In this document: positions 13,521 through 24,601 of the stretch, piece by piece
Numbering within the stretch: the stretch's first letter is position 1
Layout: every line of letters starts with the position of its first letter
Assembly: GCF_902652985.1 (NCBI RefSeq)
Contig: NC_047016.1
Span: forward strand, 52,142,001 to 52,206,000
Direction: 5' to 3'
From: Pecten maximus
Lineage: Eukaryota
Length of the DNA stretch: 64,000 nucleotides
Program-made: the position numbers and the translations under genes
Notes under the pieces: generated by a model
What the model was told of the DNA's origin: nothing
Database searches by the model: none
What the model saw: the letters and a program-made list of their open reading frames with translations, nothing else

Positions 13521-14898
13521 ATGGCGACGAAATCGAAGCTATATCCACTTGTGTCATTACCAAGACCAGCTTGGGCACTTTTTGACAGGTCAGGTAAGTC
13601 GACACATAATGTTGTAATATAGGCGACAAAGAAACGTCACAATACAATTACAACATAATGTTGTATATAGGCGACACAGAAACGTCACAGTAATTATATA
13701 TAATATTGAATTAATTGTAGAGAGTGACATTATTTCTTAAAAGGATGAACGTTCTATTTATTGTAAAACAATCATGTTTAGACACGTAACTCATGTAAAT
13801 ACAATTACAACATAATGTTGTAAACACGTGAAAAAGAAACGTCACAGTAATTATATCTACAAGGGCAAATATTGGATTAATGTAGAGAGTGACATTATTT
13901 CTTAAAGGGATGAATGTTCTATTTATTGTAAAACAATCATGTTTAGACACGTAACTCATGTAAATACAATTACAACATAATGTTGTATATAGGCGACAAA
14001 GAAACGTCACAGTAATTATATATAATATTGGATTAATTGTAGAGAGTGACATTATTTCTTAAAATGATGAACGTTCTATTTATTGTACAATAATCATGAT
14101 TGTTTAATACTTATCAATGTTTATGAAAGATTGTTGTTTTATTCAGGTCATCTGCCTATACATGGAGCTTTACAGTATACTGAGGATGGGCAAGCAGAGT
14201 TGTCGCAGCTGGAATTCCCAACAAATACTCTCAAACAAGCATTCGCTATAAGGGAAAAGACAAAATGTTCTCCAAAACTTCATCAAATCGGCTTTTGTCA
14301 GGATTGCAATATTTCAATGCACGTGTCTATTCCAAAGATTGGAAAAACGTCATATTCTATTTTTCATGACCTGTTCGATTCCGCCACAATGGAACGGATG
14401 TTACACATAGAAACAAAGCTAGTGAACATTGATCCTGAAACAAGGAGACCATCGCAACTTCCCTCTGCTTTTACTGAACAATACACCGATTTTAAGAGTG
14501 ACTATCCTGTCTTGATAACTGATGCTCAAGAAGATCTTGTCCTACCAACAAACGCCTTTAAAACATTGATTCGCACGAGGTATAGCGATACGGATCAAAA
14601 TTCGCATGTCAATTACTCAGAGTATTATAGATTCTGCGCAGACTGTGCTTCGGAAGCGTCTCGATCCGGGTACTATCGTCACTATGCCGACGACATTTGT
14701 CGGTTTCCTGTTCTCGAGACAGATGTTACATTTATTGGAGAATCCCCAGCATGTTCAAATTTGGACGTGTACACTTGGCAAGACAATGTTAACGTTCAGA
14801 TTATTAATTTTGCAATCTATCTAAAATCTGACAGGATATTTCAAGCACAGTTTTTGTATAGCTTTGAAAAATCACCCAGAATAAATTCAAGATTTTGA
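13521..14898 (+). CDS. Double-hotdog acyl-thioesterase-like protein, paralog 2 (coding exons 13521-13593, 14147-14898)
   Basis: Exon MATKSKLYPLVSLPRPAWALFDRS-G|gtaagt joins in phase 1 to attcag|GT CAT (GHLPIHG...). Motif RYSDTDQNSHVN. Ends in SRF. Confidence 0.88.
13600..14095. repeat. ~160-bp tandem repeat (~3 copies) filling the intron of thioesterase paralog 2
   Basis: AATACAATTACAACATAATGTTG...AGAGAGTGACATTATTTCTTAAA recurs at about 13641, 13798 and 13962. Confidence 0.9.
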
Positions 14899-16805
14899 CA
14901 AAATCGCCATATTCAAAGGATGTCGTAAATGAGTTATCCTAGACTAGGTAAATATAATCAATGCTGACAGAGGAGTATTTCAACAAAAGTAATATGTATA
15001 AGTTGATAATGATGTTTAAAGTATTTTTTCCAAGTATCAATAGAATGTTTATCGGAATATGACTATATTACCATGGAGATTTTGATATTTAAATGTACAA
15101 GAATAGAGAAAAGCAGGTCCATGAGAAAAAATAGGCTCACTTTAAGGTAACTTCCTTTGTTGATATTTACAAATCCACATGTGAAAAATCCAATTATCGT
15201 TTTTATCGATAGTTCAAATTGACGCTGTTTAGCTGAAAATGTAGAAGTACCCAGAATAGATTATCAATGAAATAATGACACGGGCCATCATATTACCCAT
15301 TTGTATATATATATGAGGTCAGTGGTAGGAAGACGATGTATCATTCTGGTCTTAGTAACTTCCCATCGCTTCACTTTGTGAGTATATGGAAACGATGGGA
15401 GCCGAGGATGACGATGGACATACAGAGCATATCGCATGTTTCATCACTTTTTTTCATTTGATGGACCTGGGTTACTGAAATTCATCAATCTCCTAATGTA
15501 TGCGAACAGAGCTGGTGAACATTTTGATTATAAAAATGTTCACGGAAACATTTGTTAGACTGATATGTTCCGTTGAAACTCTAGTCAATCTTAGCAGCAT
15601 TAGGTATTCCACACGTGTTTATATCAAGGAATATGAAATAGATGACACACTTATGTACGTGATAATATTGCCTGAATGTTTGATGTTTTGATGGTTGCAT
15701 AAATTTACCTGACAAACCAATCTTCAGTCCGATATAAGATAACAGCGTGTTGTTGATATACTCATGTATGATCAGGCTATTAACAGCAAAATCAGAATGT
15801 ATCATCATACCTTTACCTATATGATGTCCTCTGACCTTAGCAAGATCACGTCCTATAGAAATGACTTTGTAATAGTACATTTGTACTTGTGCAAATATTT
15901 TATAATACAACATGTAGTACTTACACAACTACTTTGGAATTGTACTTATACAACTACTTTGTTATAGTATTTAATTTATACAAATAGTTTGTAACAGTAC
16001 TTATACATATACTTTGTAATAGTACTTATACCAATACTTTGGAATAGTTCGGGTGGGGGGTGGGGTGGGGGTGGGGGTTGGTTGGTTATATCTTTCAACA
16101 TTTAAAAAAAAAAGTTGTTCATAAGTGTTAAACATTTGTCTTTTTACAATGAAATAGTGTGGGGAGCATACACTAACTCGATAAGTGCATCAAGTCAGTA
16201 AAAGAGCTCTTAATTAATACTTATATACGTGTAAATAGCAAAAAAATGACTCTTGTATGATATTAGTGATATTAAATTCTGATGCTATTCACATCAATAC
16301 AAATAATATAACAATAATAAAAACTGACACTACAGTGCTGAAAACGTCGACCTGAAGTGTACAAGTCCATTGTATTTATCTCCCTTCCTCGACATTGTTA
16401 CGTCGTGATCAGTCGCATCATCTCGGTCATTTCCGTCAAATTTGATACAAACTGAATCAGTTTAATGTTATTTCTAACAAGACTGTACTTTTTGAAATGG
16501 TCCACTAATATTTAAAACGTATTACTCTTCGAATTCTTTAAATTTTCTCTTATATTTTAAATTGTTCTCTTTTCGTGAAGTAAACAGGATGCTATCTCCT
16601 ATGATACCCTGGTGTAATTGGGCCGGGAATACAGTTGTTTAAACACTTAACATAATTTACCCCGTGTGGCCCCGTTGCATACATTTACCTCACAAACCAA
16701 TCTTCAGTCCGATTTAAAATAACAGAGTGGTTGTGGCTAAACTCATGCATCGTCACGCTATCGACAGTAAAATCAGAATGTATCATCATACCTGTACCTA
16801 CACTT

Positions 16806-16841
16806 TGACCTCTGACCTTATTAAGGGTCACGTCCTATAAA
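16806..16841 (+). promoter_or_regulatory. Putative promoter of thioesterase paralog 3: perfect DR1 nuclear-receptor element plus TATA box
   Basis: TGACCTcTGACCT at 16806-16818, an extra GGGTCA half-site, and TATAAA at 16836-16841. Followed by a candidate first exon ending CAG|gtgagt at 16945. Confidence 0.55.
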
Positions 16842-17755
16842 CATTTGACGGAGTCTGATATCCGGGTAGTCTAGGGGTGAATAGAAGTGAATTGATTTTG
16901 CCTTCAAATTTGTCAATCGGATTGACCCTTGTGGAAATCCTACAGGTGAGTAATGGATGAAGTTTGTTTATTTGCTGTGTTGATAGATACAGGGACTGTC
17001 AGAGCTATTTCGCGGCGTCCCGATCTCCTTGTAATCATGCAGGTGTGTTCTCTACCGGAAACACAATACATATCTTCCTGAACAGTGGTGTGATCAGTAT
17101 TACTGCATACCAACTAACACACAAGCGACAGCACAGTAGGGTAGTGTCGGTTACATTATACTAGACTAGGATATGGATCGAATCACACATTTACATATAA
17201 GAAAGCATGAGTTCCATGGTACAACAAGAACAGTGCAGATATTTCAAGATAAATAAAAGACATATGTGTGGATACAACGCGCATATAAAAGGGATATCAG
17301 TCCTATATATTGACGGCCATTTGAACATATTACTAAATCATCCCTAGAACTATTTGTGTTTATAATATATTATTTACTCCATAACTGTAGAATTCATACT
17401 CATTAAAAGGTGAGTTCCTTTTATAAATAAGGTTATAGGTTCAAGACAAGTATAGCGTACACGTACCGTACAAATTTTATTTATATCGTTTATGACTATT
17501 AAAACACTATTGACCGTGGCTGATGTTTATAATGATTGTTACTCGGAGAAAGCCGAATAGTGCCACATGTGTGTCAATAACTAGTTCGCCCAGAGTCTGT
17601 TCTTTAACGGGCGGTATACAAGTTTTGATTGAAGTAAGAGCACAATACAATAAATTATCTCTAAGTAACTCTAATAAACATTACATGATTGTTACATTGT
17701 AGATATATACGTGTCGAATTCTCTAATATCTGACATTTGTGTCTCCCCCACGCAG

Positions 17756-17775
17756 AGTCCAAACGTGACGAAAAG
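17756..17775 (+). other. Putative 20-nt non-coding 5'UTR micro-exon of thioesterase paralog 3
   Basis: Branch-like CTGAC, pyrimidine tract, then cgcag|AGTCCAAACGTGACGAAAAG|gtgagt. Confidence 0.5.
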
Positions 17776-17802
17776 GTGAGTGCCAGAATCCCCATGGGCC
17801 TA

Positions 17803-19690
17803 TTCAATTTTAACATATTTTATTGACTGATGTTATATCAATATAGGATTGGACATCAGGCAGAGCCTATATAAGTCCTCTCCTTACATAAAAAAGGTAA
17901 ACAAACTTGATATTGACATACAACCAATATGGATTATACAATAATAAGGAAGGTATCTTCTTAGTTTGTTATGATTTTTACATGATTAGGAGAAAGTAAC
18001 TTCTTAAAAGATGATTTAATTGTTGTGAAATGTATAAGTATGCCTATTTGGTCAAATTGAGCTTATTCCCCCAACAGCTACAGGCCGACAGTCCATATGT
18101 ATATAACATAAAAGCCATCCACTGATGGGGATCAAAACCCATTTTCACTAGAGAGGTATATATAGTTTGTGAATGGAGTTACAGTAAAGCTTACTAATTA
18201 TATGTTCAGTCTAAAATTGCTGCTATAGAAGTTACCTCGATTTAACACTTTTATAATATAAACTATATTACAACAATGCCAATTTCCATCCAGTCCATTC
18301 TCCACTATTTGTGCATTAATAGGGTGTTAGAGGTGTACTCTATATGCTACATAACTAAATAAGTTCCAATGAAGAATAAAAATAAAAAATAAAAACAAAA
18401 ATAAAAATGGGGATGATGCATATCAAATATCAAATCTTTCAGTTTCATGTATGTGCTGTGTTACACATTTTAGTATGTCAATATTGACATTATTGTTACA
18501 TAGATAATATCCTTTTAGCAGAGTATTAATATTATAGTGATTGTGATCATCTTGAGTGTTTATTTGTGCTAAGCTTTGCATTAGATGTTGTCTAGCATAT
18601 TAAATAAAGGACATTCAAACATGAAATGTTGAATATTTTCATTTTCATAGTTACATATACATGCTGCTGATTCAACTAGGTAATCATTATGAAGATGTGA
18701 ATTTAGGTTTGAGGCATTGTTTCTTAATTGGCAGAGTATAATATTTTCTTTGTCCGTTGTACTTGAAAATATTACTTACCTCATATATGTCATTATTATC
18801 ATTTGTATATTTAATGAGTTTTTTTAATTGATTTAATGTATTAGCATTTAATACTTCTCTGTCTAGTTGATTAAATTCATTAAGAGTTGATGGGAAAAAA
18901 CGTTTTGAGTAACGTTCAGTTCTGCAAAGTGGGGGGTTGAAAAGTCGATTATTTCTAAATGGATATCTAATGCGTGTGTTGTCATTAATGTGTGGTTCAA
19001 TAATATCGGCAAGGTATTTAGGTGTTTCATTAGTTTATATTTTGTACATTAATACAAGTTTATGATTCCCTTGTCATTCTTACAGTCAAGAGTTTCGATG
19101 TATAATTTATCATTGGATGTCCTCCTTCTTAATCCTGTAATTATTCTCAGAGCTTCTAATTGGATTTATTCTAAACAGTTTTTGTTTTGGTTTGTACAAT
19201 TATCCCAGATTACATCCCCATATTCTAAAATTGGTCTTATGTATGAGGTATAAATGGTCAATAGGCTTTTTCTATCAACTTTGTGTTTAACAATCTTAGT
19301 ATGTTCATTCTTTTATATGCTTTATTAAAAGTATTGTTTATATGAGTGTTCCATTTGCCATCATTACTAAACGTTAGTCCTAAATGTTTGTGATCCACAA
19401 CAAAATTAACTGCATCATTAGCAAATAGAATATCTGGATTTATTATCTCCTTTTTTCTCGAGAAAAGTACTGATTCTGTTTTTAATGAATTAAAATGTAT
19501 ATCCCATTTTATTACCCATGTATTTATATTATCTAAATCATTAGTTAACTTTTCAGAAATTTCCATTTGGTTATTGTCTATTATTTCATATAATGAAGTA
19601 TCATCAGCAAAGAGTTTTTTTTTGCTTTCAATACAATAAGTGATGTCATTGATATATATTAGAAATAAGAAAGGACCGAGCATTGAGCCT
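17803..19690 (-). mobile_element. 5'-truncated CR1/L2-group LINE (reverse transcriptase C-terminal part plus 3'UTR), decayed
   Basis: ORF 19258-19779 has GSMLGPFLFLIYIND and LFADDTSLY RT motifs and HKHLGL. The 3' end has AATAAA and a TTGAA tail at ~17803-17823. A 9-bp TSD ATGGGCCTA lies at 17794-17802 and 19691-19699. Confidence 0.9.
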
Positions 19691-21059
19691 ATGGGCCTAA
19701 TACATCTATCTTCGGGAATGAAAGGGTCCGATGTGTTTTCGTTTATGTAAATAACGAGAGAGAATAAGATCGGTAACAAATTTATCGGGGACGAGCAAAG
19801 GTAAAAAAAACGCTTACAGGAGCAAATACCGATATACCCTTTCCGCTCGATTGAAGTATAAAGAAATGTAATTTATTTATTGTTTTGCGTTGATTTAGGT
19901 ATTTACAGAACACGGTCACTATTCTTTCATACGTAAATAAGGGAACGTCTTAGTTTTATCATATATCTTTTGAAAATAATATGCCTTGTGTGATATTCCA
20001 GGTGATTTTAACAGTTACAGTCGCTTTAACACACTTTAATCCAGAATGTATCAATTTAATTTAAATAAACAGATAAGTTGTTATTTGTGGGGGTTTGTGA
20101 AATTTAAACATATAAATGTTAAGGTATTCAGGTTTTAATGTTATAATCATGGACAAATGACTTCAAATTATGTTGAACTATATCAATTAATTTAACCATT
20201 TGAAGCTGAATTTCTTACCGTAACGAAGCTAATTATCCGTGTTGTAATTAATAATCATAGTGGTTATTTTACATTCTTAAATACATTTTATCCGATGAGC
20301 ATTCTCATTTATTATACCTAATCTTATTAACGTGATTATGCTAATATCATAACTGTATATATGACTATATCACAAATGATGATGTTATATTTTTGGTAAA
20401 AACTAATGAGAATAATGAAGGTCCTGTTCATCCATCGCAAGCTCCAAAAGAAGAGAGAGAGTAAAATGAGTGGTTATATTACTTTTTACTCTTCCCATAG
20501 TTTACATAGTGCTTTTGAATTTTCATTTACCAACAAGTAATAAGCAAACCATCCAAAGCACATATAGAACATGTGCTACGCAACCCATTCAGAATATCAC
20601 TGTCTCACCATTTAGCGTAATGCCATTAGAATGTAATGTCAAGGGTTATGCTACTGAGTTCTGGGCATTTTCAAGAGGAGAATGTTTTGATATTTCATCT
20701 TCAGAAATGAAGGGAAAACTGAACAGAATACATATATTGCGTATAGAAGAATACATCGATATTTTGTCGTACCGACAAATACATGTGATGCTCTAAGGGA
20801 AATCATTCAATATCCTTTTATTTACTCTAAGGTTAATACGAAAACAACCAAATTATCTATCCATAAAAAAAGAACGCTAGTTTCGGATTATTTTTTAAAG
20901 TCTCAAGTGACCTGCTTCCGGTTTATTCGATTAACAGATTAGATAACATTTCAATATCTCTATTAAGATGGATGTAATCTTCAGGGATAAAAAGCTCTTA
21001 TGTCGTACACTGAGTTAAATGAATACATAACCAATCATACTCTTTTCAGGTAGGATAGC

Positions 21060-23283
21060 ATGCAGTCGAAATTAGCCTCAGAACAACAGGTCGAGATGAT
21101 GGTGCCGCATTTAACTGCATCTTACTACGATAGAACAGGTAACAAAGTGAAAAAAACACATATAGATGCATAACACGTACCAACAGGTATCCTACAACGT
21201 TGTATATTTGAGCCCGTAACTAAGGAAGTCATATTGCTTGGATACGGAACCACAGATATAATTGAAATTCCATTTTTGTTATTCATATCCACCAATTATA
21301 ACATAATTTAACATTTAAGGTCACTTTTTCTAAAATCTATTTTTTTTTCACTTTCCACCTAATGCTCGATGCTTGCTGACATCCACTCTTAAGAATCTTC
21401 CCCTCGGATTGAGATTCCCCTGTCTCACCCCCAAAGGGGTGAAAGATTCTATTATTCTCTTACCCTGGACAGGGATATCTGCAGTTTTACCGGGGTGCGA
21501 TTTAGATTTTCTTATCTCACCCTAGGGAAAAGACAAGCTACACGTGATCTTTCAACGTGCTCTTGTTCTCGATAGGGTGACGTCACTATGACCTGACCCT
21601 GAACCTTTTATGGGGTCACACACATGCATATGTTCGTCGGCTTGTTTACCTGTGTGCATATTATTTGAGGAAGATTTAAAACATAGTTAAGTTCACAAAC
21701 ACAAGGCTTGCCTCGTGTTTGGGAATTTAGCAATCTCCCCCCTCGGGTTAAGATCCCCCTATCCCATCCCAAAAGGGGTGAAAGATCATATTAATTTATC
21801 ATGGGTCTGTTCCGTGGACAGGGATATCTCAACCCGAGTGTAAGAGTTTGGCCAGTCAGCACCAGGCTTGCCGAGTGCTGGCCAGCCAAACTCTTACACT
21901 CGGGTTGAGATATCCTTGTTCGCAGAACAGACCCATGATTGATTATTTTTCCCACATATATGCAACCAAACATAAGTTTTTATGAAAGGATTCCATCGGG
22001 CCGTCTTCCATGATCCTTGGAATGTGCGTCAACATTGATGACGTCATCATTTACGACTTTGTTACTCAACGTAAAATGATGACGTTACGTTATTGTGAGC
22101 AGCGTCATATAGAGCGCGTGCCTGCTGTGCTGTCTTTGCCCCCCCCCCCCCCCCCCCCCCCCCGTGTAAGATCGATTTATCTTTTCCCTAGCAACTGCCG
22201 GATAACCCTGTGAAGTATGGGAGAAAGATTTATCTCTGCCCTGTGTAATTTATATGTACACTATTTTTATACACTACTAACACAATGATCAATCACTCAC
22301 ACATAAAATAGCATGTGTCCTCCTTTTGTATGTGCAACGCACAAATACATGTCAAGGTGAAGGTTAAGTGCAATATGGCACGGGTTGATTTATATCAGAA
22401 TGGGAAATGTATTATTTTATGATTCTAATATCATCGAGTTAATTACATTACTTATAACAATTGTATTATTTTGAGAACTCATACTTAATATGAAATGCTA
22501 TATTTTTCATTTTCAGATCATTTTTCAGCTCATGGGATAATTTGTGTTTTAGCTGAGTATTTCATTGAAGCAGAAGCAATGGGGTTCTTTACTGCGAGAT
22601 TAGCACAGGAAAATATGAGAACGTTCACAGTTCAGGAGAATATAGTTTATTCTCCCAAATTACATCGGAAGGCTTCAAAGAAAAACGGAGATCTTCTACA
22701 TCGAGTCTTCTTTGCGTCTATTGGGCAAACCTCGTATGCTTTTACACAGGATCTGCTGGATCCGTCTTCAAAGGAACAACTTGTTCATCTCGAATCGAAA
22801 GTAGTAAACATTGATCCAGAGACACGGCGTCCATCAAAACTGCCATCATGGGTTACTGAACGATTTTCCAATTTTGAAAAAATTGACAAACCAATACTGT
22901 CTACGAGACAAGAGGACATCATCCCACCTCACGATGCTTTCAAAACAGTGACTCGCACTAGACCGAGCGATATGGATTCCAACTTCCACGTAAACTTTTC
23001 CGTATTTTACAGGTTCTGTACAGATTGTGCTACAGAAGCGTCTCTAGCGGGGCATTACCGTCACTTTAAAGACGACATGTGTTGGTTTCCTGTTCTGGAA
23101 ACTAAGGCTACGTTTCTTGGCGAAGCTCCAGCGAGTGTAATGCTGGATGTGTACAGCTGGCAGGACACTGATCATGAACAGAGGCTGTATTTTGCAATTT
23201 ATCGAAAAAATGAGAGGATATTTCAGGCATCCTTTCTTTACAGTTTAGTTAAGTCAACGCAACAGAGCATTTCAAAAATGTAA
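21060..23283 (+). CDS. Double-hotdog acyl-thioesterase-like protein, paralog 3 (coding exons 21060-21138, 22517-23283)
   Basis: MQSKLASEQQVEMMVPHLTASYYDRT-G|gtaaca joins in phase 1 to tttcag|AT CAT (DHFSAHG...). Same intron position as paralog 2. Motif RPSDMDSNFHVN. Ends in SKM. Confidence 0.88.
21390..22250. mobile_element. Intronic non-autonomous DNA element with a long hairpin (~21795-21947) and a duplicated ~60-bp block (possibly Crypton-like)
   Basis: ATCATGGGTCTGTTC...CTCAACCCGAGTGTAAGAGTTTGGC / GCCAAACTCTTACACTCGGGTTGAG...GAACAGACCCATGAT inverted arms around a GGCTTGCCGAG loop. The block CCCCTCGG.TT.AGAT.CCCCT..C.CA.CCC.AAAGGGGTGAAAGAT occurs at ~21400 and ~21740. Confidence 0.6.
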
Positions 23284-24405
23284 ATGGTATTTATTATAGG
23301 TTCTGTTTAAGGGGGAAATCGGTCGCATAAGACATATATAACTTAAATATTTCTTAATTTGTTTTTTTCCCTTTCAAATTATGTTTGTTAACAAAGTCTA
23401 TGTTGACTCGAAAGTTTAATTTAATAGTGTTTGCCTTTTTGAAACTTATAACAATGAAATAGTGTGCGAGCATAACGAACTTCATAAGTTCACCCGGTCA
23501 GTAGAAGTGCTTTTAATTTATATTGATAGAGTTAAACAAATCAATGACGCTTGTAGGATATTTATGGTATCATATATGGATTATTTTTATTCACATCATT
23601 AAATATTATAATAAAAATAATTAAAAAAATGACATACCAGTGTTGAAATAGATAACATAATTGTATTTATCTCCCTTCGTCCACAATACTATTTGTACGT
23701 CGTCGTCAATTTCATCATCTTGATCATTTCCGTCAAGTTTAATATAAACTTATGCAGACTGATTTCTATCGAGTCTTCATATCTTGAAGTGGTACGCAAA
23801 TACTTAAAATGTATTACTCTTCGATTTCTTTTAACTGTCTTTTACATTTTAAATTGATGGGTTTTTTTTGGTTAAAATTACTATAACCCGAAGGAGTAAA
23901 GATGAAATCTCCTAAAATATAAAATATACAGTCTATTTAACACTTATCATCATCTATTTAATGTTCTTCTTCGTTGTTCCGAACAAAAAATCTACCATTG
24001 CTTTTTAGAATCCCTCAAATCCTTGATATAAACCTTTTTTTACACAAATATCAAAATGGTTGCCGCCTCTTCTTACGAAGAACAATGACGTTGCGACACA
24101 TTGATATATATATTTCAAACAATTAAAATGGAATTTAAGTGCTTCACTTTTTAACTGAAAATTACAATTGTTTTCGTCTCGACTCCTCGATAACCGTTAA
24201 GGGGACGTAACCCACGCTATACCGGTAAAATAGCTACACACGGCCGGGGATATCACAATTTCCCTTACTATTTCCGTTAATGTTGTAATTAAAACTCGCT
24301 AATCAACGGAAGTAAATAACATGCACCGGCTATTTCACCCCTGGACCCCCCTTTGCCAAGCCCTTCTTCAAGGAGACTCACTTAGAACACTCAACTCTGG
24401 GATGT

Positions 24406-24601
24406 TGTTATTATATAACGGTCTAATGAAGCACACGGACACACATTTATAAAATTAAAATCAAATCTGCAATTACTGGTGTTGTGTTTTTCACTCTCTG
24501 CAGGAAGCACATGTTGATGCACTTCCGATTTCTACATGTTACTTCATATGCGTATTTACATTATAACACAAGCTAACCGAACCAAGGTTATACTATTAAC
24601 A
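24406..24601 (-). repeat. 3' LTR of the Gypsy element (~196 bp)
   Basis: Starts TGTTAATAGTATAAC immediately after the PPT. Ends in the inverted counterpart GTTATATAATAACA. Confidence 0.7.
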
